Below, piece by piece: positions 1-13,784 of a stretch of 64,000 bases of DNA. Position 1 is the stretch's first letter, and every line of letters starts with the position of its first letter. The notes below the pieces were generated by a model, which made no database searches, had not been told where the DNA came from, and saw only the letters and a program-made list of their open reading frames with translations. Source of the DNA: the human T2T-CHM13v2.0 reference genome, Homo sapiens; NCBI RefSeq assembly GCF_009914755.1, contig NC_060937.1; one strand, given 5' to 3'. The position numbers and the translations under genes were made by a program.

Positions 1-41
1 GTACACTAAAACTTAAAGTATAATTAAAAAAAAAAAAAAAA
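1..41 (+). mobile_element. 3' end and poly(A) tail of a primate L1PA LINE-1; the rest lies upstream of the window
   Basis: gtacactaaaacttaaagtataat followed by an A-run matches the L1PA terminus GTACCCTAAAACTTAAAGTATAAT(A)n. Confidence 0.9.
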
Positions 42-481
42 GCTGGCCAAAACCCGCCAAATCCAAAATGGCAATGAAAGTAACCTCTGCTTGTCCTCAC
101 TGCTTATTATATGCTAATTATAAAGCATTGGCATGCTAAATGAAACTCCCACCAGTGCCATGACAGTTTACAAATGCTATGGCAACATCTGGAAGTTACC
201 CTATATGGACTAAGAAAGGGAGGAACCCTCAGTTCCTGGAATTGCCCACCCCTTTTCTGGAAAACTCATGAATACCCACCCTTTGTTTAGCATATGATGA
301 AGAAATAAGCATAAAAATAGACAACCAGCAGCCCTCAGGGCTGCTCTGCTTATGGAGTAGCCATTCTCTCATTCTTTTATTTTCTTAATAAACTTGGTTT
401 CAGTTTACTCTATGGACTTGCCCTAAATTCTTTCTTGCAGGAGATCCAAGAACACTCTCTTGGTACCCCGTTCTGGTAACA
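42..481 (+). mobile_element. MER41B LTR (ERV1), 3' portion, interrupted by the L1
   Basis: Matches MER41 blocks (ccatgacagtttacaaatg, ggaagttaccctatatgg, gagatccaagaac), ends in gtaaca, has AATAAA near 387 and the MER41B-type GAS-bearing segment. Confidence 0.88.
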
Positions 482-1157
482 AAAGTACAGAATTAACAGA
501 ATTTATTTACTTTTGTTCTTTTAGAACCCTTCCACTGGCTCAAACTTTGAGTTAAATTTCAAAATTAATATATATATTTTTCCTAGACAAAGGCATATTT
601 CTTAAACCTGTGTTTTATGATTTTATAATTTAACATTTCTGATGAGGAGAAAACCTTAGGCAAACACCAAGAGCTCTCAAGAAACCTTCGAATTGACTTT
701 TATATTACAAAACAGGCTCAGAATCAGAAAAGACATAGAATCTGACACATTATTAGGTACAGAATAATCAATGAAAAATGTGATTGATTGATCCAAAATG
801 ATTAGAGGAGAAACTGTAATTAGGTTAGTTGAAATTTGCATGACCCTGTGGGTTTGTACAGAAAGCTATTATATCTAGGATGGGAGGCTCTGTCTCCTTA
901 CCATGGAAATGTATTTAAATAAACCCAAATACAAGCAAACACTGCACATTTTCTCTCCTCTTTTTCCTCACTAGCTTTTACTTTGTTTGGACTTCGCAGA
1001 TATCAGCAGGGAACAATGACCAGGTAGATACCATTTCATTCCTTAGCAACCTGCCCCATCTTCTACATCTTCATATGCTAAGCCCAACCATTAATTAATT
1101 CTACATGCTTTTCACTTTGGCCATGCTCATTAGACTTAAAATAAACAGAATTCAACC

Positions 1158-1273
1158 TTATTTTATTTATTTATTTATTTTTAGAGACAGGGCCTTGCTA
1201 TATTGTCCAGGCTGGCATCAAACTCCTGGACTCAAGCAATCCTCCCACTTTGGCTTCCCAAGTAACTGGGATT
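1158..1273 (-). mobile_element. Alu monomer (FLAM/FRAM-like)
   Basis: (TTTA)n tail then gagacagggccttgcta...aactcctggactcaagcaatcctccc...ctgggatt. Confidence 0.8.
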
Positions 1274-1944
1274 CTTTCAAAATTAATTGAGATAATTTCC
1301 CTATTGTGGTAATTAAACTTGGAAAAGCAATAAAACAGGTTTTGAAAATGGAGAAGCATTTTTCATCACATGTTATCTTGAACACTAGACTCATACTATC
1401 TGGAAAGCAAAGATTTGTGATTAAGTATGTGTGGCAAATGCTGTATCTGCTGCTACTTTAAGGGTGGTCCATTAACTGCTGCCTGTCCCCAGACTGTTTC
1501 CTGTCTGTGATGTGATGCATACAAAAATGAGACTGTGCAGAGACCTGAATAGAAACTTGATGTAATAATTTTATATCTGTTAAATCTAATAATTAAAAAT
1601 TAGGGACTATTTTTATTTCAGTTTTCTAGTAAATCACTTCTATTATATTTTACTAAAATAATGCTCCAGTATGAATTAGGGAAAAAAAAAAAACCCAAAA
1701 CTGATCCTTCACCACAGATAGTCAGAGAAACAATGCTATATACTATTGTTTTTTCTTAGAGATTCACAGCATTTGCTATATAATAAAGATTCTGAGAAGC
1801 CACACAGTAAAGAGACTCATTTAATTCAGTGTTTCCAAATACTTCTGAGGCCTCAGAAATCTTTTTTTTTTCTTGTGGGTTACCTCTATTAATAGTCTAT
1901 GTATTTCATGTTTTACAGAATACATCTTGGGGATTGTTAAATTA

Positions 1945-2329
<385 letters not shown>

Positions 2330-3074
2330 TTACATATTCAGGAATGTGTGTGTTTAACTATTTAGGATATTAAAAAGTTGTAGTACCTAGTCACATACCT
2401 TCAAGAGTTGATCCATGTGAGGATAAACTAATTTAACTCCAGATAAAAAGTCAGAAATAAAAGTGATGGAAGACAAAGATTTTGACTCTTTATTCATGTT
2501 AAAAATAGAAGACACTGAATCCAGTTTTCATGCAGACATGTTGGAGCCACCGATCATGTAAATTCCTATCCTGTTCATGACTATGTCTTTAATGGTGTAC
2601 AATTTGGATATTTGGAAAAGCTCAAGAAGAGCCTGGAGATTTGGTTTACATAAACTGGAGGCCAGGCCGTTGGCTTTCTGTATCACTGGGAGTCCAGCTT
2701 TTGGATTCCCAGTGATGTAGAAGACTGCACTTTCTTATTCAAGTGACAAAATAATCTGTACTCAGTCAAATTGAAACTGCAACAAAGAAAACAGAAATAT
2801 AGTTAATTTCTTCAAGTGTTGAATTTAAAAATCAAGGTGCACAGGGATGGCAATGTATGGAGATGTTTCTTGGGAGCCATGTGTGGCACCTCACCCACAG
2901 GGTGGCATTTCCTTGGGGAATTCTCTATGGTCCTGGGTCTAGCTGTACTCTTCGGCGTTGAAAACAGTATCTTATTAGTGCTTCACAAATGATCATATGT
3001 TTGGATCATATGTTTGGAGCAAGTGATGTTGAAGCTCCCAACAACACTGATAATTAAAATTAGATTATCTAGAG

Positions 3075-3262
3075 CACAGCAGTGAAGAATACATGTTCTA
3101 GATGCAAGTTCCCTAGGTTCAAATCCTGGCTTCTCCATTATGACCTTGGCTAAGTGACTTAGCTCTAAGTCCTGTTGTGAGGATTGAATGAGAAAATGAG
3201 TTTAAAGTGCTTAGAATGTTACTGGTGTGGAGCAGGCACGGCATAATAGTCAGCTGTTATAA
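3075..3262 (+). mobile_element. MIR SINE
   Basis: ggttcaaatcctggct, tgaccttggctaagtgactt, gttgtgaggattgaatgaga, aaagtgcttagaa. Confidence 0.75.
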
Positions 3263-4244
3263 TTTACACTGATAAATGCAATGTCAAGTGGAGTATACTT
3301 TCAAACTGGCTTGATCAGCTTATCTCACTTCGTGGGTAAGCTCCACAGGAAGCCAAATTATCAGCAGCTGCCTGGCAATCACGGTGTTGGAAGGAGTTAC
3401 CTCTATCTTTATGCTTTATAGCACTAGGTTATGACCACATGATGCATTCTGTCAGTTTCATGGATGCAGCTGGCAAACAGATTCCAGTAGTTTATGGGCC
3501 AGAGTTGCTGTCCTGAGAGATATCCTGCCTGTTTATGGTGACTCTGCATGCTTATATGTTAAAATGAGGATAATAAAGAATTACTCCCTTTATGCTGATT
3601 TTAGAGGGTAGATCTCAGAGGGCAACTTTATTTCTATACTCACAGAGATCTTCTTCCTGTTGTTCTTACCACATACCTACCTCCTATGAGATATGTATGT
3701 ATCTAGACTCAAAGTATATCTGTGAGTTGAAGAGACAAGACTGAGACTTCTATTAGCAAACAACCTACACTTGAAAGAATTGATCACTCAGTGTGAAGAT
3801 TTGCAAAACAAAGTCACAATTTCAGAAATGATGTGGATCTTATTGAGTGCAATTACATTTCCATGGTTGCCTATTGAGTTGAAACCTTAGGATTTATCCC
3901 AATTATCAAGTGTCTGCTGTATTGGTTTGGTCAAATTTCTAAATAAATGGATTATACTTAAAGAAAATCATGCCCACTATACAAGGCATATCAGAATAAT
4001 CCTGGAAAGTTTGACTCTTGCCACCATCAAGCCAATATTTGGGCCCTTCTGGGTTTGTGATCATAGATTATCGTCTATGAAGTTGTCTAAATTGGATGCT
4101 GGAAACTCTCATCAGTGATGTGAACCTGTGGTGAGATTAGAGTTATGCATAGCAGTTTTCACCCATGGTTTAGTCTGTTTAATACTGATATTTTCATGGT
4201 CTTGTTAAACACTGTTGAATGGTTACAACTAAACTAGCTTTTGT

Positions 4245-4715
4245 TTTAGTCTGGAAAAATATTCGTAATATATATATTGAACAAGAATTCATATCTACAA
4301 TTTATAAAGAACTACAAATTATTAAGTAAAAGATAAAACGTTCCATTTTTAAAATGAGCAGAAATGTTGAACAGGTGTTTCACCAAAGAAGACATACAAA
4401 TATTCCTCAGATTCCCAAAAGGTATGGAATTGCACTACTCATGAGGGAAGTGCAAATCAAAACCACAACAATATAACTATATACCTAGAATAGTTAAAGA
4501 CTGAGAGTACCAAGTGTCGACAAGGGTGCAGATCAACTGAAACTCTCACACACCCCAGGTAAGTGCAAACTGGTACAATCATTAGGGAAAACTCTTTGTC
4601 AGTATCTACTAAAGCTAAACATATAATTTCACGACTCAGTAATTTCACTCTCAGGAATATCCAAGAAAATTGAGTACAAATTTCTACCAGATATGTACAA
4701 GAGTGTTCACAGCTA
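4245..4715 (+). mobile_element. Old L1M (L1ME/MC-like) ORF2 3' fragment
   Basis: ttcaccaaagaagacatacaaat, gcaaatcaaaaccaca, aaactggtacaatc, gtatctactaaagctaaacata. Confidence 0.8.
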
Positions 4716-6189
4716 CTAAGCTTGCTCTTTTTATGAATAAAGTGGATCAAGCTGGTTTTGGACTGCTTTTTCTGTACTGTTAAAAGTTGACGTCCATAAT
4801 TGGCAGTGATTTAGCAGTGAAAAATCAGGCCATTCATTTGTGTGTGGATCATTGTAGAGCTGATTATTAAGAAGGTTGGATATTCCTATTCTTTATTGTC
4901 CCCATTTAACACAGCATATAGATTTTGTGTATCATTCATTTTCCTTGAATTTTAAGATGAGAGAATATGAAAATAAACTTTTAATTAGCAATCTAGTGAA
5001 GAAAATAGACTCATATCCCAATATTGCAGTATGTCTCTTTTTTCTTCACTTATAAAGCCTTTTAAAAATAATCTCCATCATTTCAACTTGGCAATGAACC
5101 TACAGCATGACAATCAAAATTAAGTTACAGTTTTCATTAAGTGCAGTCTAGACTGTATCTTTACCCAAACTCAAAGCACAAGCAATTTGATTTGCTGCTT
5201 ATCCAAAACTTCCTCCTAAAGAGAAAAAGTGAAAGTATGTATGATTGCTTTCAAACCTTAGAGGAGGTAAGTACAGTGTTCAATAACTTCATCAAATAGG
5301 ATCTAAATTTTATGGTGTAAATGCCAGGTTTCACAGGTCAGTGAGTCTTTTCAAATGGTACACGGGCTGCCTATATCAAATTTGTACAAAAGAATTGATT
5401 TTGGTGGTTGGAATAAGGCCATTTCAGTCTTGCTGCAAGCTTTCCAGAAATAATAGTGCTATATTAGGAGATAAATTATATATAGATTACTGTTTTTAAG
5501 TATTATTCAGAATGTTAACAACTAGTATAATGGACTTTCTTATTGCAATTCTAAATAGCAAGTGTCAACCTGATTTTTAATGTTCTCCAGTATGCCTCAG
5601 CAGTTGTGTAGATTCCAGGGAAAGCTGTGCTGTCTGGCCGACAGAAACATCATGTTTTATTCTCACCTTTTGTTTTCTTCCTTTTAGGTCTGTTATGCTT
5701 CTGTTATTGGCAGGACAGCCAGAGGAGGCAGACAGGACCTTTGATGCCTGGCAAGCTGTACCACTGGGAGGTAGGGAGAAGTGTGTTTTCAAAATGGAAA
5801 TTCTTAGTGTGTTTTGCTTTTGTGTGAGATATTAATTGCAGAAAGATTGGTAGGTATGTAATGTGTTATACTCAGCCTTCTATAATGCATCATGTGCCCT
5901 GGTGAACTCTTATTTTGGGATCACTTCTCAGCATGGATACTTTTCCTAATTTTTCACTTTACCCATTCTGAGAGGTCACAAGGGCTTTGTGCAGCACATA
6001 TAAGCAACAACTCTTTTTTAATAGGACTTTCCATAGCTATATGTCTTCAGTGGTTAGGAATTGAATATCTGGAGTGTTCTGTGTATATAAAAGTACAGAG
6101 TTCTGTAGAGAAAGCCTTATCCAATTCCTTTAAGCATACTTTTTTCCATCTGCGTATACCTGTTGCCCTTTCAATGTTGCTCTGTTGTT

Positions 6190-6300
6190 TGCATATTTGC
6201 CTCCTTGATTAGGGCAGGCATCCCTACCATCTTTGCTTCCCTCCCAGGGTCTAGCATAGTGTCTGGCACATCGTAGGTGATTTTGTTTGTTAATTAACTG
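6190..6300 (+). mobile_element. L2 3' end fragment
   Basis: ctagcatagtgtctggcacatcgtaggtg resembles the L2 terminus. Confidence 0.55.
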
Positions 6301-6782
6301 CCACCCTATACTGGGGCTGAAGACTAAAATATGGCAAAATCTGAAAAAATGTCAAATGCAGAATATTTGCTAATGTGAAAACGAGATTTAGAACTGAGTC
6401 TCTATGATGCTCAAGTGGAAAGAAATTCAGAAACCCTATTTATTTCTGAAAAAAGCAAAGCAATACTGTGCTGCAAACCATAACAACAAAAAAAAGATAC
6501 ATGTTTCCACAGTGTAAATGCTTCCCACTGCTGATGTCCATCTGCAATTGGAAGTTGGATGGATCTCAATGGTCATTTCAAGCTTTAAATTTTTCAGCAT
6601 TTTTGGCATAAAGTATTAATTGCTTTTATTTTGCTTTATTCTTTATATTTCAAAGATCTTATGTTCTTGCTGCCTTTCAGAATGCACAAAAATATAGATT
6701 CAATCTGGAATGGCTTTACTAATCAGGAAAATTACAATAGACTTTACAACCAAGATATTACAAAGAAAACTTCCAAACCTTG

Positions 6783-7586
6783 CGCATTAGTCCTTTTATT
6801 TTGCATGGCTATAAATAAATACCTGAGGCTGGATGATGCTTAAAGAAAAGAGATTTAGTTGGTGCACAGTTCTGCAGGCTGTACAGGAAGGATGGTGCTG
6901 GCATCTGCTTCTGATGAGTATGCAGAAAGCTTACAATCATGGTGGAAGGCAAAGAGGGGAACAGGCGGTTACATGGTGAGACAGGGAGCAAGGGGGTGGT
7001 GGGGAGGTGCGTATTCTTTTAACCAACCCCATCTCATGTGAGCTCAGAGCAAGAACTCACACATTATGGTGAGGATGGCAGCCAGGTATTTGTATTAGTC
7101 TGTTCTCATGCTGCTAACAAAGACATATCTGAGACTGGGTAATTTATAAAGGAAAGAGGTTTAATTGACTCACAGTCCAGCATGGCTGGGGAGGCCTCAG
7201 AAAACTTACAATCATGGCAGAAGGGGAAAACAAACATGTCCTTCTCCACATGGTGGCAGCAAGGAGAAGTGTAAGTGAAGGGTTGGGGGGAAGCCCCCTG
7301 TGAAACCATCAGATCTAGTGAGAACTCACTCACTATCACGAAAACAGTTTGGGGGTAACTGCCCCCATGATTCAATTACCTCCCATCAGGTCCCTCTCAC
7401 AATATGTGGGGATTATGAGAACTACAATTCAAGATGAGATTTGGGTGGGGACACAGCAAAACCATATCAGCATTCATGAGGGATCTGCTCCCATGACCCA
7501 AACAGCTCCCACCAGGCCCTACCTCAAATGCAGGGGATTACATTTCAACATGAGATTTAGAGGGGACAAACATCCAAACTATATCA
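6783..7586 (-). mobile_element. MSTB-like MaLR solo LTR, split by a THE1D insertion
   Basis: cattagtcc...cacagttctgcaggctgtacaggaag...; resumes at cattcatgagggatctgctcccatgacccaaaca and ends caaactatatca; flanks ccttg/cctca. Confidence 0.85.
7091..7469 (-). mobile_element. THE1D MaLR solo LTR nested in MSTB
   Basis: Full LTR from tgtattagtctgttctcatgctgct to aaaccatatca; 5-bp TSD gtatt/gcatt. Confidence 0.9.
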
Positions 7587-7690
7587 CCTCATTTTTTTAA
7601 TGCCTCAATAATATTTGCAACTGGCATAACAAATGACATGTTTCATGTCTATTTAATACCTGCCAACTGTGCTTTAAAATGTAAATGAAG

Positions 7691-8017
<327 letters not shown>

Positions 8018-8477
8018 CTAATTTTAATAGAATCATCTCAAATTACCTTCCCTCCCGCTATTAAAATGACCTCCTTTGGTTTATAATGGTTTATTTCATT
8101 GTTAAGTAAAAATCCTCTTCTTTCTGTGGGCCCAGCACACCCACTGAGGTGGTTGTTTAACGGCACACAATCAAGGACAGTCTAACCAGTCAGGATGGTT
8201 TCAGTTTAATGTCCACTTTAGTCTCAGTGGCTCATTTAATCACTTGGAATAATAGCGGTTCTCAGATGTTTAATGTATTTCTCAGAGCCAAGGTGTTCAG
8301 GATTACTACAGGCAAGGCAGTCCCTTATGAAGAAAGAGGGGATCTGATTCTTTCTTGGCTCCAGCCACACATAAACGGCCTCCTTTCCATTGCCTACTCT
8401 TCATGTTTGACTCCCTGTCCTCACTTCTCCTCCCTGGGGGAGCGTGTGTTCTTATGTGTGTTCTTTACCATGGGAAC

Positions 8478-8630
8478 TTGGAACTGAAAGGGACCTCTAA
8501 GGTCATCTGTACGTTTCATAGATGAGGAAGCTGAGGACTGTAGAGGTCATGTGACCTGCTTGAGGTCACACAGCTAGTGCGGGGAGTGCTGGACCTGGAC
8601 TCTGGGTCTTTTGACTTCCACTCCAGAGAC
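8478..8630 (-). mobile_element. MIR (MIR3/MIRc-like)
   Basis: atagatgaggaagctgagg...gaggtcacacagctagt. Confidence 0.7.
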
Positions 8631-9643
8631 TTTTTCCTTCTCTTAGGCTTAGAAAGGGACAGTAGAGGCATCAGAGATTCCATGTGGCATTTTAAAATAG
8701 CGAGACTTTCTTTTAAGATTTTTCTCTCTTGTTTTACAAAGATGTTAAAAAAAATTTCCCAGTTCTCCCATTTTCTTATATGGAAGGATAATCTGACATT
8801 CTGTGCAGAGAATTGACTATTTCCCACAAAATAAACAGTGGAAAGCAAGTAGCACAAGTATTTAGGGATATCAGGGGTCCTCAGTGCTCCAAGCTTCCAA
8901 CAGCTCAGTAAACATCCCCTCCCTGATTGTCATGGGAGAGGAAGAGGCAGGAAGAAGCAGTGTTCAGAGGACTGGGGATTACAGGAGGAGCAGTGTTGCA
9001 GTGAGTAAGTGAGTGAGTGAGTAGTATTTTTGGCATTGCAATAGGTCTATTTTTCCAGAAAGTACAAAAACACAGAATCACCAGGCTCAGAAAGCCTAGC
9101 AGTCAACAAGACTCATTTCTAAGGCACCAAGTAAAATGCCAGCAAGATACTGCATGTCACATCGGAGATCCTAGAAGAAAAGCTAGGCATCTCTTTATGT
9201 TCCATGTAGATCTACAGGAAGTGTGGTATCCATCTCACAGTGGGAAGTTCTGGCCCTGCAACAGTAATACCAACACGCAGGGGGAATGACTAGATGCCTG
9301 CCTGGAAGAAGCAGGAGTGGTAAAGAATACTGAGCGGAGCGGGGGACGCTAAGCTTCTAAACACTTAGATGGTGGGGATCCATGCAGAGGAAGTTAGAAA
9401 AGACTGAAACAGACATGAGAGACTCCCCCGATTCTCTTACCTTTGACCCTTGTTTCTTTTCTCTTTTTCTCCCTTTGCCCTTCATGCTACCACCCCATCC
9501 CCAAATCCTAACTAAGCTGCAAAGGGCAACGCTTGTAAAAGCATCTCTTGAGAGCACTGTTGTGACAGTTTTGGGGATGAGATTGCATGAATGCCTGAAC
9601 AACATTCTAAATTCAAATTTCAGAGCAGTTAAAGATGAAACTG

Positions 9644-9970
<327 letters not shown>

Positions 9971-10444
9971 AAAGATGAAACTGCTACCTGAGCTGGACCA
10001 CAAGGACACATACTTCTCTTATCTCTGCACACTATAAAACTCCAATCCTGCTTCTCTTCTACTCAGAGAGGTCCCTGGTCTTCAGAGGTTTCCTGATGTA
10101 CATTGGCTGGATGAAGTCATTAATCTCTATTGGAATCATTTAAACAATTTTCTTTTGACAGAGGGAGTAGTGATCATAAATTAAGGGTTTTGACCTTTGA
10201 CTTTTTGGGTGAGCCTGTGAAAGACACATCTCAGGACACTAAATGGAGTGTTACAATGAGACTGAGTTAGAAAATAAGGAAGATACTAGGTTTGACTCAG
10301 GGCCAGTAGAAAAAGCAGGTGGAACTAGATTTAAACAACTGCTTTCAGAAAGTAGGTTTGCACCCAGAATCAGCCAGAATCTAGCTTAAGGACAATGTCC
10401 TCCATAGTGTCAAGCCTGTCAAAGACTTCTCACACCCATCCTGA

Positions 10445-11171
10445 GTGTGGAGGTCACCAGGACTATTTTCACTTTAGACCAGTTGGCTACAAACTTGGAG
10501 ATCCCTGTGGAATCCCTCAGGTTTGATAATTTGGTGGAGTAACTCATAGAACTCAGGAAAGTGCTATACTTACAATTGCAGTTTTATGATAGCAAACAAT
10601 GCAAATCAGAACCAGCCAATGGAAGAGAAACATAGGGTAGAATCTGGGACTGGGAAGGTCCTAAACACCAAACTTTCATCTTCTCAGGGACACAGCACCT
10701 TCCTGGCATCAATGTGTGGCAATGTGCAGAACATTGCCAACTTAGAAAACACATCCTAGCTTTAGTTTATGGAGTTTTTATTGAAGTTTCATTTGATGGG
10801 CATAATTGATTGAGTTGTTCCCCACATGGCTGAGCTCAGTCTCCAGCCCTTTCGTCTCCAGAGGTCAGGTTGATTTCACTTGACCTAAAGTTCCAATTCT
10901 TTAATCGCATGTTTGCTCTTTGTGGCATGACCCCATCCTAAACCTATCCATGTGGCTGGCTCCACCACATATCATCTCTTTAGCATAAACTGTCACGTAC
11001 CCACTGTGAGTCACTTTGTTAGCACAGATGGTCATGTATGGTCTGAGGGACCATGATGAATAACAAAGGCGCCACTATCAGTTGGGCAATTCCAAGGGTT
11101 TAGAGGTTACGTCTAAGGAGCCAGGAAAAAGGCCAGACTTCTGACTGGGTGAAGTTAATTCTTCACCACAC
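10445..11171 (-). mobile_element. MER21/MER77-group LTR
   Basis: ctcaggtttgataattt...actcatagaactcaggaaagtgctatacttac, aattccaagggtttagaggttac, ggccagac...aattcttcaccaca. Confidence 0.75.
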
Positions 11172-11563
11172 TGTTTGGCAATGTGGGTTGACCCAAAGCT
11201 CATGTATGTGTGAACTTGTCAGGTTGCAAAAAGGTATGGCAAGCAGGTGGGCAGGGAGCATGAGTGGTGGGACAAAATGCTGTCAGGAGACTCGTGGCCA
11301 CCTGCCATGGTCCAGAACTGCATGGGCTGAACTCTGCTTCACCAAGAGACCAGGTGAGACAGGCTACCTGAGTAGAAATGCAGCTATTGCACATATTTGG
11401 TCAGAACAGTCCAATCTCTAGGCTTGCCCCAGTTTTTACATTCAAGTAGACCACTAGTGGCTATGAATTCATAGTCTAAGCTTCTATCTTCACACAACAA
11501 AAACAGAAATATCTGATGATGACAGAGTAATAAATGTTGCTTAAAACAAATTCTCAATCCTTT

Positions 11564-11568
<5 letters not shown>

Positions 11569-11607
<39 letters not shown>
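11569..11607. repeat. (GA)n microsatellite
   Basis: Uninterrupted GA dinucleotide run. Confidence 0.97.
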
Positions 11608-11609
<2 letters not shown>

Positions 11610-12159
11610 AGCGAGCGAGGTAGCAGGCCGGAGAGCAAAGACTTGGGGAAATTGTCAGGTTATCTCTAAATAATTAGCATTTGGATTTCAATGTGCTCTG
11701 AGGTGTGCACTTGCTCACAGAGACACTCTGGTTTAGGAAATAGTAATCTTGTTTTGCTCTTCATTAAAAGCTGGAACAGACAGTTTGTCTTTGAGGCTAA
11801 TGCAATGCAAGTGGCTAAGCTGATTTGTGTTTTCTCAAATTCCCCAGGTGCTAGGGACTGGGTAGCTTATTGGACTTCAAAGGGCTTCTCCTCATGAGAA
11901 GTAAGTACAGGGAGTTAAGATGTTACCCAGAATAGGAATAGGAGATTCTTCTCTCCTAGGACATGCTTCTCTCAGATCACCTGGAGGCAAGGCAGAAAGC
12001 AGATGAGTGGCACTGAGGATAATGGGATGAAGGTAAGGAAAGATTAACTCTGGGCATTTTGTATTCCTCGGTTATATCTCAGGACTTTTAATCAGGGAGC
12101 CTATAATGCTGGATTATTAGTCCTTTGTTACAAGAAAACTTCTTTTAAACTATCTCCAA

Positions 12160-12395
12160 GGTGGTTCAGTGCAAGGAACATTGTGCATGGATTCAGAAGA
12201 GCTAGGTTTGAATAAGACTGCCTCACTTACTAACTGTGCAATCCTTGGTCAATCCACTACACTTTCTACCTCTGTTTTCTCATCTGTAAAATGGGAATAA
12301 AAATATTTATCTTAAAGATTATCAGAATTAATGAAATAATGCATATAAAAATGGAACACACTGTCTTTTCATAATGGGTGTTCGGTAAGCATTTC
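12160..12395 (+). mobile_element. MIR (MIRb-like)
   Basis: cacttactaactgtg and ctctgttttctcatctgtaaaatgggaataa core. Confidence 0.8.
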
Positions 12396-13784
12396 TTTTC
12401 CTCACCTTGCCTGCTTCCTTTTACTCCAGCACTACATAATCTAAAACCTCTTGCTACTCAAAGGCTTTTGAGCCGCCACTTTGACACAGAAATCTGCATT
12501 GTCTCTAAAAGTCTAATTCACCCTGCAAACCCAAATTCTGCTTAATTGCTTCCTTCTACCATTGCTCTTGGCAAGCTCTGTATAGCTCAGTTTGAAATTT
12601 AACCCTATTTGCCCCTTGTCAAGGACACTGTGCTTGGGGGGTAAGCTGTTTCTGAAGAATTGTGCAATTTAGGAAAATTAAGTTTCAGGCCAGCCATGTA
12701 GCTCTGACAGCTTAGACTGCTTAGTACTTAGCAATAATGGAGAAAATGCCAGTAAAAATGACAAAACGGCAGCGCCCTGACCCACCAGGTAATTGTGTAT
12801 TGAATATGTCTTGGCTCAAACCAGGGATGATTTCGCTTAAATGAACTGAGGACAAAACTGCTTGTTGTAAGTTATATAAAACAAGACCAGTGATCTGGGT
12901 AATTAAAGATGCAAACTAGCAGCACAAGATGTTTGACAATGGAAGGTGAATATCACTGGCTTTAAAGAAGCGAGGTGCGGGGGAGGGCAAACCATTCCTG
13001 TTTAATGAACTGATTTCAGGCATGTATATGGGCACCAGGAAAGAGAGGCAGTCATTCAAACCTAGCTGTATATATTTTTTTAATATTAGAAGAAAAAAGA
13101 TTAGAGATATTGGTTGTCCTGGGTTCACAACTGCTCTTATCATCCTGCAGAGGCACAGAGAGGAGCAAAGAAGGTAAAGAATTTGAAGGAGATAAGTACA
13201 AAACCACAGAGTGAATTTGTGCAGGAATAAGGATTAAAGCTGTTAAGTGCTTTAGTCACTTGATCCTGCTAATCTTTGTTCTCTAATGTGAAAAATTCAT
13301 GGGCTTTAGGAGGAGACTACTGTAGGTTCCTATGTGAAACCAGGAATGACTGTCATTGTGTAATCCCCACATATTTGCACCCTATCTTTTCAGTAATCAG
13401 AAATAGGCAGCTGGGGAAGGCAGGAGAGAGATTAGCTCTCAATTTCCCGGCACATTGTGTTTTTGTGTTGCAGCATCTTTAATTACTGAAAAGTAATTCA
13501 TTGAATAGCACCCTAGTGGCTTGAAAGAGTTAAAGCAGCTTCCAGAAGTGCCTAACCTTCTCCCAGGGAGTAGCTTAAGTACAGAGAAAATCTGGCTCAA
13601 TAAATACTAAGCAATGAGAATCAACTGATAAGGGTCAAACTCCACAAAACAAAATTGAACCAATAGACCATTTAATCCAGTACCTTCTCCATAAATCTCT
13701 TTTCACCATAAAGCACTATTTACTCTTTAATTTCCATGAATTGATGGCCATTCTTCCTCAATCCTTTGAGGTCAGGTTAATATC

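Noticed and set aside
2991-3018. 13-bp tandem duplication gatcatatgtttg
   Set aside because: Ordinary slippage duplication with no sign of function
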